A DNA stretch of 63,451 nt, filler included, from Octopus bimaculoides (Eukaryota): the NCBI RefSeq assembly GCF_001194135.2. It is 5 parts of 5 records of this genome, joined end to end, with 100 filler letters (N's around TTAATTAATTAA, not from the genome) between each part and the next. Parts side by side here need not be neighbours in the genome. Positions count along the whole stretch, not along the records: positions 1 to 18,183 come from NC_069008.1; positions 18,284 to 34,126 come from NC_068989.1; 3 more parts are not named here. One strand, given 5' to 3'. Positions 12,908-24,015 of the stretch are shown one piece after another. The notes under the pieces are model-generated. The model did no database searches, was not told the DNA's origin, and saw nothing but the letters and a program-made list of their open reading frames with translations. Numbering within the stretch: position 1 is the stretch's first letter; every line of letters starts with the position of its first letter. The position numbers and the translations under genes were made by a program.

Positions 12908-13176
12908 CGCCTCCTGTTTATCTTCCATCCAACTCATATTTATTGCTGGTAACCCCTCCAGCATTCTCATATAGGGAACAAGTATCAAGTAAGCAGTAAA
13001 TGGTAACTACTTTTTTCCAGGAGATTTTATTGGTTCTCTTGCAACAACCCCAGCACCTTCACCCATACCGCAGCAAGTAGACCCTTCAAGAATCACCACT
13101 GTTCGTCTTCTGCTCCTCATATCATAGACAATAACAGACTCTCCAGGCATTGCCTCTCTACCACCATCTCCAACAA

Positions 13177-13387
13177 CTCTTTACTCTTTACTTGTTTCAG
13201 TCATTTGACTGTGGCCATGCTGGAGCACCGCCTTTAGTCGAGCAACTCGACTCCAGAACTTATTCTTTGTAAGCCTAGTACTTATTCTATCGGTCTCTTT
13301 TGCCGAACCGCTAAGTTACGGGGACGTAAACACACCACCATCGGTTGTCAAGCGATGTTGGGGACAAACACGGACACACAAACATAT

Positions 13388-13438
<51 letters not shown>

Positions 13439-13605
13439 TATGACGGGCTTCTTTCAGTTTCCGTCTACCAAATCCACTCACAAGGCTTTGGTCAGCCTGA
13501 AGCTATAGTAGAAGACACTTGCCCAAGGTGCCACGCAGTTGGGACTGAACCCGGAACCAAGTGGTTGGTAAGCAAGCTGCTTACCACACAGCCACTCCTG
13601 CGCCT
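13177..13605 (-). mobile_element. tRNA-derived SINE family A, full length
   Basis: Reverse complement of the 7729-8107 element with a longer internal (CA)n(TA)n tract. Confidence 0.92.
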
Positions 13606-14617
13606 AGTGATGATAGTTTATTCTAAATGTTGTTCTATCCACGAAACAAAAATGTTCAACCATACTAAGGAGATTACAGAGAACCAAGATATATGGCACA
13701 TTGCTATATTCAAGAAGACCCGCCCACCACCACAGAATGGATACCCTAAAATCGAAGCACCATGTAAAAAAGCATTGGTGTGGGTGCTGGTGCCAAGGAA
13801 AAAGCACTCATGCTGGTGCGTCACAAAACTGTTCGTATTCTTTGGTTTAGTCACATGGATAATTTGGTGTCTTGGAATGAAACCTAGTTTCTCCATGTGT
13901 TTTATTATTCGTTTGTCAGTGATTCACTTCACATGGCGTTTGTGGGAAACCAAACACCAGCGACAAACAACGACATATGTTCAACTGGTATTCCTACACG
14001 TGTGTGTGTGTGTGTGTTGTTGCCCCTCACTGATTGTTTTCTTATAACTTCCTGAAAATTAGATATTTTTTAATGAAATTTTCTACAAATATGCATCAGA
14101 TGGCGTAGATTGCGATTATATCCCAATTTGTTGTGAAGAAATGTTTTCGTGGTGGTGGGGGGGAAGAAGACTTTCGGAAGATTCACACAAGTTGAATTCC
14201 ACACACTCTGAAAGATACTGAATAGAATATTTCATAGAGAATTCTGAAAGTTATGAGTAAAGAACGCCGTCCCATGCGAACTTTCCGATACCCTTCACCC
14301 CACCCTTGGAAACATTTTTTGCGCCATATATTCCGATACAATCGGAATCTACGCCATTTGAAGTTCATTTAGAGAAAATGTCAAAACTGAAAGATTACGG
14401 AAAGATGCGAGACAAAAGTTGTTTGCTGCCACCAAAGTTTTTATTTCACTCGGATTCGTGATCAACAATACTTAGAACATAAACATCTGAAGAAATTTTC
14501 GTGCGCCAAATAATTTCTCATTCTATTGGACAGAGTTACAATATATGTGTATGTTTCTAAGGAAGAAGGGTACACGAGTCACAAATACACATATATCATA
14601 TTTAGTTATATCACATA

Positions 14618-14918
14618 GTGGAGGCGCAATGGCCCTGTGGTTAGGGCAGCGGACTCGCGGTCATAGGATCGCAGTTTCGATTCCCAGACCGAGCGTTGTG
14701 AGTATTTATTGAGCGAAAACATCTAAAGCTCCACGGAGCTCCGGTGGCGAACCCTGCTGTACACTTTCACCACAACTTTCTCTTACTTCCTGTTTCTGTT
14801 GTGCCTGTAATTCAACTACGTTAAGGGTACACGTATCTATGGAGTGCTCAGCCACTTGCACATAAATTCCACGAGCAGGCTGTTCCGTTGATCGGATCAA
14901 CTGGAACTCTCGTCGTTA
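14618..14918 (+). mobile_element. tRNA(Arg-like)-derived SINE, family C
   Basis: Head GGAGGCGCAATGGCCC.GTGGTTAGGGCAGCGGACTCGC…TTTCGATTCCCAG. Homologous copies at 16268 and 60370. Confidence 0.85.
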
Positions 14919-15334
14919 TGGATGATGGTTAAAATGTATATCTCCGACTGGATCTTCATTTGTTATTATAGAAGGCTTGTACAAAGAGAAAATGAAATTA
15001 AAATAAAGCGAGATATAAGAAATTATTACTCTACTTACAATTCCATCAGACTTGTAATCTTCAAATAGTTCCTTCCACTTCAGTTTGTTGAAATCTAACC
15101 AGAAAAAGTTTCTAAATTCAGACGAGGGGGAGAGATTAAAGAAAATTTGCTACCTGAATAACTGCTAAAAACATGTGAATGTATACAAAACGTCGTGACT
15201 TATTTGAAATACTGACACGAAATATTATTTGTTATAAAAAGCTCCATTATTACGACAAAAACAGATAAAAACAGAAAAATAGGCGATTTAGGTACATATG
15301 TTAGGTACATATGTACCTCTTTACAGTATGTTCA

Positions 15335-15530
15335 AGGCCTGCAATTTAGGCTGAGATCGTAAGTCGATCGGATCGACCCAAGATCGTAGCAACTACTTAT
15401 TTTTATCGCCACCGATAAGATGCAAGACAAAGTCGACTTCTATGGAATTTGAACTCGAAACATAAAGCCAGAAGAAATGCCACAAAGCAATTTGGCTGGC
15501 GTGCTAACGGTTCTGCCAGTATGTTGCCTT
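15335..15530 (-). mobile_element. SINE family B, diverged copy
   Basis: Reverse complement of the ggcgagctggcagaatcgttagcacg…gagttcaaattcc…gtcgactttg consensus seen at 61321. Confidence 0.7.
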
Positions 15531-16267
15531 TTTGTCGGGGTTTAACAATAATTCAATCAAACGAAATGGGTAAATACAAAACTAGAATTGGGTATAGAGA
15601 GTAAGCAGAACGAAAGTGTAGTTAGAGAAAAGTCGATGATGAAATAATGTGTTTTATAACCCGTTAGTATTTATATTTTTTTATTATTAAAAGATTCAAC
15701 TGTTTTAATAATAACATTTTTGTATTAACTTTTGTGGCATGGTGAATGATGCACCAGAAAAAAAAAAGAGGAAGTGACATTCAGTAATAGTATGTTACCC
15801 GACGTACATTTTGCAAATAACGCTCTAAGCGTTGCAGATAACGATTTTTTATTGATCAACAAATAAAGCACCAATCAGTAGACAATTTGTTCGCTGGTAG
15901 CATGGACAAAACCATCGACTATTCCCAATCTCAAAGTTCCGGCTACTTCTTGGCTTAAGAGACACAACATGTTGATACACCGGTGCGCACCCAAAACCGC
16001 TGGGCAGTGAAATGTTTGTATTGCATTCTTTGTTGTCTTAAAAGAAGTTATTCTCCTAAAACATAAACTACAGCACTCAGCATGTTTTCCGACCGAACCA
16101 TCCTAGACGTGTTAAGAAGAAATATGCAAATATTCATTCCAGATCTCACTGTAGACAGTGCAGATAACAGTTGCTTGATTAATGTTGTTTATGGAGCACT
16201 GACTCAATGTTAATATAAGAAAACGGTAAGTTGTCAAATGTTTATTTTAAGGCTACAATAATAATAG

Positions 16268-16590
16268 GTGGAGGCGCAATGGCCCAGTGGATAGGGCAGC
16301 GGACTCGCGGTTTCGATTCCCAGATCGGGCGTTGTGAGTGTTTATTGAGCGAAAACACCTAAAACTCCACAATGCTCCGGCAAGGAGTGGTGGTGAACCC
16401 TGCTGTACTCTTCCACCACAACTTTCCCTCACTCTTTCTTCCTGTTTCTGTTGTACCTGTATTTCAAAGCCTTGTCACACTCTCTGTCACGCTGAATATC
16501 CCCAAGAAGTACGTTAATTTCACGAGCAGGCTGTTCCGTTGATCAGATCAACTGGAACCCTCGACGTCGTAAGCGACGGAGTGCCAACAA
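16268..16590 (+). mobile_element. tRNA-derived SINE family C with target-site duplication
   Basis: Same head as 14618. Flanked by the direct repeat aataataatag at 16257-16267 and 16591-16601. Confidence 0.9.
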
Positions 16591-17177
16591 AATAATAATA
16601 GAATTACAGTAATTATGTTCGAGTGAACATTCATAACAATGGGGAAAATATATGTCCTCATCTTTGATAAATAACTTCGTAAGGGAAATGTTGGTTTGTA
16701 ATTTTTCAAAAACCCTATGATTGACTTATTTGTGATGTAAAGTGAATTAATAAATAATATCAATGAATAAAGTGGCGTAATTAATTAATAAATTTAACAT
16801 CGATGACATTCTAAAACCTGCTGAAATTCTAAAAATACATCAGTTGGTATTAGCATAAACATCTTTTTGCCATGTGTGACAATATAACTATATATTATGA
16901 GAGAATATGTGTATTTGGGACGGTTAATATAAAGATCTTCACCTGGAAACAAAACAAAAAATTAATAATAAACCAGCCTGGTAGAAAACGAATATGAAAA
17001 AATGCGCGCTGACGCCCCTAGTGGGATGGGGAGGGGACTTTCTGAAAATTCCCAAGATCCGATTTTTCCGTCATAACTTCCAGTAAAATGGATATATATA
17101 TTTTTTTTTTTACGGAATTCCACGTTTTTGGTTATGGAGGATCCGATTCTGAACTCCCCCCCCCCCCAAAAAAAACT

Positions 17178-17434
17178 GGTAATTTTTCAGATTAACACCC
17201 GCACGATCTTCACTAGTGTGTTAGGGTTTTAGGGTCAGGGTTAGGGTTAGTGTTTAGGATTAAGGTTACGGTTTGGGTTAGGGAATTCCGTCCCTAATCG
17301 TAACCCTAACCTTAACCGTAACCCTGACACTAATCCTAATCTTAACCCTAACCCTAACCTTAAAACTCTAACCCTGACCCTAAAACCCTAATACCCCAGT
17401 GAAGATCGTACAGGTGTTAATCTGAAAAATTACC
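17178..17434. repeat. Foldback (MITE-like) element with head-to-head telomere-like repeats
   Basis: TIR ggtaatttttcagattaacacc / ggtgttaatctgaaaaattacc, with imperfect pairing over about 70 bp. TTAGGG variants on the left, CCCTAA variants on the right, centre GGAATTCC. Confidence 0.85.
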
Positions 17435-18183
17435 AAAAAAATTTTCAAAATTTCGATTACCCCTGCTTTATTTTCCACTCTTTCCTTTATTTTGTAATCT
17501 TTCAGTTTTTGATATTTTTTCTTTCTGAAAATTTATAATTTCTATTTGAAAACTTGTTTTGGTAGCATATAACCCAAATAAAATATAGATAAACAGTTGC
17601 ACATCTATCCTTGCTTCTTGTGCATGTTTGGTTCCCCAAATCACTGTGTTAAATGAATCAGTGACAAACGATTGATAGAACACATAGAGATATTGGTTTC
17701 ATTCCAAAACACCAAGTTTTCACCCCATAACTTAACCACATTTTCTTCAAACACACATAATGATCTTGTTTCATGGCAAGAATAATATTTAGAATAAGAC
17801 TTCATAACATAACCAGTAAATAAAGACGGAAATGATGGGAAAATATAACACTTTGAACCTTTTGGTGCATCTTCTTTTCCTCAGGTATCTGTTGCTGATA
17901 AAGGGCTATTTCATCTCTGTTCAGGACTTGACATAGTAAATGTTCACCCTTGTTCATCACTTTACTAAATTCTTTAGGAAAACTGCAAGTATACTGAAAG
18001 ATGAACGAGGGTCAAGGGGATTGAGGGGTATCTGATAAAATGATTTGGATGGAATGTAGGGCAGAGATGATGGCCAGAGATTGGGAGGAGTAAAGAGGTG
18101 AATGATGGAGAGGTGATCAATGATGAAAATGAGTTGGATGGAAAGCAGGGAAGAGGAGGGGAGAGTATTTGATGACTAGAGAT

Positions 18184-18283
18184 NNNNNNNNNNNNNNNNN
18201 NNNNNNNNNNNNNNNNNNNNNNNNNNNTTAATTAATTAANNNNNNNNNNNNNNNNNNNNNNNNNNNNNNNNNNNNNNNNNNNN
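18184..18283. other. Synthetic scaffold spacer
   Basis: 44 N + TTAATTAATTAA (stops in all six frames) + 44 N. Confidence 0.95.
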
Positions 18284-18380
18284 CCAAGCAGCTCATTTTC
18301 ACCCATATACACGCGTGCTGAACATCGCTCAATTTCCCAAACCAACGCCAGCAAGAACATAACCTCCTTGGCGGGGGTAA
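18284..18380 (-). mobile_element. Helentron/HINE-type 5' terminus, cut by scaffold end
   Basis: Minus strand reads TTACCCCCGCCAAGGAGGTTATGTT…, the same terminal motif as at 21060 and 61536. Confidence 0.65.
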
Positions 18381-18512
18381 AAAAAATAACACAGCCATAT
18401 GATTTTTAGAAAAAAAAACCTCTAAAAACAGGAATCATCTGAAGCAGTTATAATACATCAATGACAACAACAAGATAGTTTCACCATACAACTAAAAAGG
18501 AACAACAATTAC

Positions 18513-20066
18513 CTACAACTTGAGTGAGATACACGCAACATCATGGTCTGAAAAGTATCAGTCGGTTACGGTGACTTGTGGACGCCGATCCTGGTTCACG
18601 TAAACATAATCTAGCAGGCTACCATAGTCGGTGGCGGGTTTTTTGACTAGTTGGTCGAGCCCAAACTGGTTCATAGTTGTCAAAATCTCATGGTTAGGGG
18701 AATCAAGGTGATCCACGTTGAAATCACCAAGGACGATGGTCATGTACAGATGACTGGTGTAGGCTGTTGTTAAGTTGTAAAAAGCCAAAGTAGTACTGCT
18801 TGTCGGATGTTGTCTCAAGATAGTCAATGAGCTTTTGTCGTATGTCGAGCCCATCGATGTTCTGCTCTCCAAGTGAAGTGAGAGATGTTGATACAGCATG
18901 AATGAAGCAGTTACCATCCGCAGGGATCTGCTTTATCTTCAAGTTACGCGTCTTAGCCAGATGTTCCAGCATGCAGTAACTGTTCCCAGTTGGCATGGGT
19001 GACAGAGGAGCAGGGGATTCTGGTTGATCAACTTCCACCTCCTCTGGACAGGCTTTGGCTATTGCTTCCCACAGCCCTGGATCATCATCTTCAGACCGAT
19101 TTTCCCAGTCTGTGCAGATGACGATGTCCTTACAGAAAGGGTTGTTCTGCTTCATCCAGTTGAGTACCTCCATCACCTTTTTAGGCTAAATATATTTGTG
19201 CATATAATACCCTTTGTAGCAGAGCTTTCTTTTCAGTTTCAGAGCTACCACTTCTGCTGTGTCAGGAAGCCTCAGCAACAATGACACCACAGGTTGTAGC
19301 TTTTATGGCACATTTACTGCACTACCATGGATGGCTTTTTGTCCTCCTTTTGGCAGACCTACAAACTTCCTAAATGGGATCCTCTGACTGATCAGTCTCA
19401 GCTCTAAAGGACTCAGGTCAGATAATTCTGGTGGTATTACATCCAGCCCCAAGCCATTGATCCATGATTGAATTGGGACTTTCCATGCTTCATCGACAAA
19501 TAGCAGGTGTTGCAAACCCATGATTCGTCATATGTTATCATTCCACTGCTTGCTTTAAGAATGTTGTCAATTGTTCTGTTTGTGGGATATTTTTCAGCCT
19601 TCATCTCCAAAACTGATGGTCGGTAATGCAGTCGGTGACAAGAGCAGTAAGCATAGATTGGTCTTTCCTCTATCTTAGCCATGAAGACTGCAGCACTTTC
19701 TTCCACAACCAATTCATCTTTGCTCTACGACCTTGCATTCTGTTTTTCTCTATGATACATCGAACCTTAGCTGCTTACGGTGTTTCTTGCTGCCTATGCC
19801 TGTGCATTCCTGCCCTGACAGACGTACGGCGAGTTTCGGCAGCCTCCGGCGTTTCGTTTACCCTATGTCTTCGCTTTTGTGCACTGTCAGTCGCACGGCG
19901 ACTGTCGGCAGCCGCTAGTGCCTCTTCCTGCCTTTTCTTTTTCATGCGCTCTGCATTTTCTTTCTTTCGTTGCTCCACACTTTTAGATCTAGAGGGAGGT
20001 ATGACTGCTGTGGTTGAATGTTTTGCTAAAGTAGGCCTACTATCTGATAAGTCACTCCTGTAAGAT
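18513..20066 (-). mobile_element. Helentron coding remnant: N-terminal Cys-rich domain, OTU protease, AP-endonuclease C-terminus; Rep/helicase absent
   Basis: CSCHRLHYR…CNTC…NGLGLDVIPPELSDLSPLELRLISQRIPF…LPKGGQKAIHGSAVNVP*…LKLKRKLCYKG…WMKQNNPF; then QIPADGNCFIHAVS (OTU); then IVLGDFNVD…TDYGSLLDYVYVN…D*YFSDHD (APE). Multiple stops and frameshifts. Confidence 0.85.
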
Positions 20067-20904
20067 CAGCTGGTGTCTCACTGAAGCTCTTTTACGAGTT
20101 ATATTTTTCAAGCACAAGATTCAAGTATGTGAAATTGTAAATAAAGTGCAACAGTTTCTACTACCATAAAAAATGGTTCTGCGTGTTACTGAGAAATTTA
20201 TAGAGAGCGAAACAAAGCTTCTTTTAAGCAAATAAAATAAATCTACTACTCCATCTAGAAGTGCTGGTGTATCCGTGATCGTGTCTGCAAGTGATGGTGT
20301 GTGTGAGTCTAGAGCAAGTGAAAGTGTTTCAGAAAATGATTAATTTCAGGCTTTGTGCCTATGGTAGAAGAGATTATTCTTAGACACAACTGGAGCTGTG
20401 TGTATAGTTCACTATCAGTTGTTTTCAACAACTAATCAGGTCAGTATGAACAGTTTTCAATATAAGCTACTTTTAAAAGAGGTATCTGTCTACTTACCAA
20501 ACTAATCCTACGTACCTAGTTTATATCCCTCTGTGGTCAGTATAGTATGAATCATCCCTCAAGGGTCCAGCATCAGTTGTTGCTACCACTGCCTCCCCAC
20601 CCCTGTTGCTGCTTTTAGCGACCCTTGAGTATGTTAGTGTCATTTAATGTCTGAACTGTTTCGCTGCCGTTTGTTTATGTAGTTTGACCTCTTTATACAT
20701 CAGTTTCTAGTAAGATAGATACGCGAGTAAAATTACTAAGAGAGAAACGAAAATAAAATTTTGGAAGCAGCAACGCCACCATATGTTACGTGAAAATGAT
20801 GAACGTGTTTTCAAGGGAGATAATCAGAGAAATACTTCAAACAATGTAACATTGTAACACTTCATGTAAAGTGAATATAGCAAGTGAAAAATCCTTCTCT
20901 ACCA

Positions 20905-21060
20905 AAATTTCATCATCTGTTCCTTGTGACATTACCACCTTTTCCTGCAAGTTTCATCAAATACCGTTCACATCTTTTTGAGTTATTTTGCACACAGACG
21001 GACAGACAGACAAACCAATGCCAATGAAAACATAACTTCTTTCCTTGGCGGAGATAATAA
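20905..21060 (-). mobile_element. Helentron/HINE-type 5' terminus, probable left end of the 18513-20066 element
   Basis: Minus strand TTATTATCTCCGCCAAGG…GTTATGTTTTCATTGG…(GTCT)n…ATAACTCAAAAAG…GATGAAACTT, about 1 kb upstream of the coding remnant on the same strand. Confidence 0.7.
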
Positions 21061-21121
21061 AGAGTAAAGGTAATAAAGAAGAATAAAGGAAAAAGAATAA
21101 CGTTCACAACTCATCTTTTTT

Positions 21122-21360
21122 CCAGAGGAAACAGCTGTAAGACTTCAAATTCTTCTACCTTTACTCTTTATTCTTCTATTTACTCCTTTATCCTTCTATT
21201 TTATTTCTTGTAAACTGTGAATTTCATTCCTTGTAAATTGTAAATTTTCCCTGTCTGAAATATTCATACCACTGATGACGGAATGCTCAGCGCGTAGCCA
21301 TACGAACCTACCGCCTGGGTTATCCCAGAAACGGCTGTAAGACTTCAAATTCACCTTACC
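21122..21360 (+). mobile_element. Penelope-like terminal tandem repeat with hammerhead-like core
   Basis: gaaac(a/g)gctgtaagacttcaaattc at 21128 and 21328 (200-nt spacing), with CTGATGA at 21272-21278. Confidence 0.55.
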
Positions 21361-21588
21361 TTAATTGAATTATTCTAAATGACCTGAGACACTTGTTCTG
21401 TCTTGGTTTTGATTTTTCCTCTAATATAATATATACTTGTTATAACGGAACCCTAATACGGATCCCTAGCACTGATCTTGGAACCTAACCGTCGACCAAC
21501 TTTAGCACTTACTCAGCATACCTATTCGTTTAAATCACAAGTGATTTAAAACCCTCATATTCTTTATATTTATATATATGTATATATA

Positions 21589-22369
21589 CAGGGGTTGGAC
21601 AAAATAATTGGAATAGTAGAAAGTTAACTCCAATATTTCAGTGGGTCATTATATTACGAATATCCATCCAAATTATGTATTGTAGATGGTTTTATTTATC
21701 TAATTTAATGATTATTTCTATTTCTTTTTCAGATCGTAGCATAAATTAAGCTAAGATACGTGACCTCACTGAGTTCGAAAAAGGGAAAATTGTTGGAGTT
21801 CGAGTGGCAGGAGCTTCCGTCAGCAGAAGTTTATGTGTGGAAGCATTCCGGAGAAGCTTTTAATCCTAACTTTCTTTTTCCTACAATGAAGACGGAGGAG
21901 GGTCTGTGATAGTTTGGGCAGCCATTTCATGGAATTATCTTAATCCAATCGTTGCCCAGCATGGTATGATCAGTAGCAATGATTATCTGAATATTTTGGT
22001 AAATCAAGTCCTTCTCATGGTCCAGACATTATTCCCTGATGGTAAGTGTAGCTTCTGAAGAGCATAGCAGTGAGCTACAACACATGGAGTGCCCCCCTCA
22101 ATGTCTAGATCTTAATATTATTGAGCATTTGTGGTGCATCTTGGAGTGAAAAGTTAGACGTCATTACTCTCCACCGTCGCATCTACAACAGCTGGAGCAG
22201 GTTTTGCAGGAAGAATGGCTCAAGATTCCTCTCAATGAAGTCAGGAAGCTGTACGAATCAATTCTTGGACGCATCGAAGCTATTCAGAAAGTTAAAGGGG
22301 GACCGACTCCATATTAACTAAATATTTATTAAATTTAACACGTGTTCCAATTATTTTGTCCAACCACTG
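21589..22369 (+). mobile_element. Internally deleted Tc1-family DNA transposon
   Basis: TIRs CAGGGGTTGGACAAAATAATTGGAA / TTCCAATTATTTTGTCCAACCACTG, TA on the left flank. Fragments DLTEFEKGKIVGVRVAGASV and PPQCLDLNIIEHLW. Confidence 0.92.
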
Positions 22370-22461
22370 TTTATATAAATATATATATATATCGTCAATG
22401 TGTCATATATCCGAAAAAGAAGCTTACTCTAAAAGTTAAAGCAGTAATGTATATACATAAA

Positions 22462-22729
22462 GTTAAATATATGTCCGGTCATAGAGTGACCAATAGTTTT
22501 GGATTCATAAAGCGCTTAGCTTTATAGACGATTTATCAAACTCTAATGGTCGAGGGCATACATCCTCTCTTCAAACCCTTTTGAAAAGAGGTTATAAGAG
22601 AGATTATAAGAGAGGTTTGAAGAGAGGTTATATGCCTTCGGTTATTAGAGTCTCACGAGTCGTCTATCAACCTAAGCGCTTTATGGATGCGAAACCATTG
22701 GTCACTCTATGACCGGACATATATTTAAC
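22462..22729. mobile_element. Foldback MITE
   Basis: 33-bp perfect terminal inverted repeat gttaaatatatgtccggtcatagagtgaccaat. Imperfect pairing continues to the centre. TTAA at both ends. Confidence 0.88.
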
Positions 22730-22789
22730 GTCAAGTAAATGCACAATCAACAAATTACCAAGTTAAAACCAGGGCTTATAAATAGCTTT

Positions 22790-23345
22790 TTCATGCGCTC
22801 GTCCGAGTTATGGACCAATCAGCAGCGATACATCACGAGATGCATCTTTCTAGAAGCTGCCAGTACTCATCTTGGATTATGAAACTTTCAAGGAAGCCAC
22901 CTAGATCTGCTTCAAATTATGTCAGATTTTACTGTGATGTGATCAAACTTTTGCGCTCTTGATCGGGCGTCAGAACACATGGCACCCACCGAGGAGAAAC
23001 CTTCTTCATGCCAAGTTCATTTTGTAGAATATTCTCAACTGTCTCACGGAGTATACGTATAGCATTGGCCATTTGATTTATAGTCTATCGCCTGTCATCC
23101 ATCTCCATGTGATGAACAGGTTCACTGTTTTCCTAAGTGGTGATGGTAATTGCAGAGCACCCAAACTTTGGATCATCTTCAAGACTCTCCTTTCCCTTCC
23201 TAAATTTAGATGCCCACTTTTGCACTGTTTATAAAGCTAGAGCGTCATCCCGTACTGTAGCAATCATATCAACATGAATGTCCTTGGGGCTTAAACCCAT
23301 TTTGTTTCGGTACTTGATAACAGCGCGATGCTAAACTTTGTCCAT
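22790..23345 (-). mobile_element. Mariner transposase remnant
   Basis: MDKV*HRAVIKY…GLSPKDIH…VQKWASKFRKGKESLEDDP…DDRR…LGMKKVSPRWVPCVLTPDQ…IQDEYW, with stops. Catalytic C-terminal half largely deleted. Confidence 0.88.
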
Positions 23346-24015
23346 TTTCAAGAGAATTCATTACTAGTTGTTTTTAAAATCTTTGAACACACAGATGTCA
23401 GTTTCTGGAAAGAAACAACGCAGTTATTAATACGCAGGTCTGAAATTAATGTATGCAACATTTCACAGTTCTAGCATTACTCCTTCATAGTTAGCTCATC
23501 ATTTTCTGTTCCTCGTTTGAATCACTAGGCGATCTGGAGTCCTAACTTCAAGAATACAATCGATTAAATCGATTCATTCGTCTGTACATATTCCACAGTA
23601 ATTCCTTTATCGAATCTGGAAGGATGAAAGGAAGGTGAAGTCATCAACTTAAAAGTGAACGTCGTGTTAGAACACAGGGTATTGTGATAGTAATCGTGAG
23701 AGGAAACTCTCACATTGGCTTTCGGTTCATATAATCACTCTTGTTTACATCGCTAGCGGGAGACAAATCACCACATTGCCAGCGGTCTCAGGCTAGAAAC
23801 TGAAGAGAAAGTTTACCGTAAGGCGGGAAACTGAAGGGAGCAGGAAATGAAGTAAACCTAAAGCATGTGCATGCAGCTAGTGTTTCTATTATTTTTATTG
23901 GATCATCATACAAAAGCTAGTAAGAAAAGAATTATTAACGCGGAGAGGACAAAAACACATTTTAAAATTTTTATGATTGAATGATCAAATCTGGATGAAA
24001 ACAAAGATTTTAGTA

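Noticed and set aside
14618-14695. tRNA-like sequence with A and B boxes (also 16268, 24016, 60370)
   Set aside because: No acceptor stem, and each is fused to a repeated body, so these are SINE heads rather than tRNA genes.
15790-16240. Protein-like fragments (LFAGSMDKTI…; DVLRRNMQIFIPDL…) and a CCAAT box
   Set aside because: Interrupted by stops, no recognisable family, no convincing splice sites.
17860-17945. Possible + strand short exon (…ttttcctcAG … GTAAAT)
   Set aside because: Splice-like signals alone are common in AT-rich DNA and there is no linked gene.
19626-20063. 145-aa + strand ORF
   Set aside because: Antisense to the charged N-terminal region of the Helentron protein.
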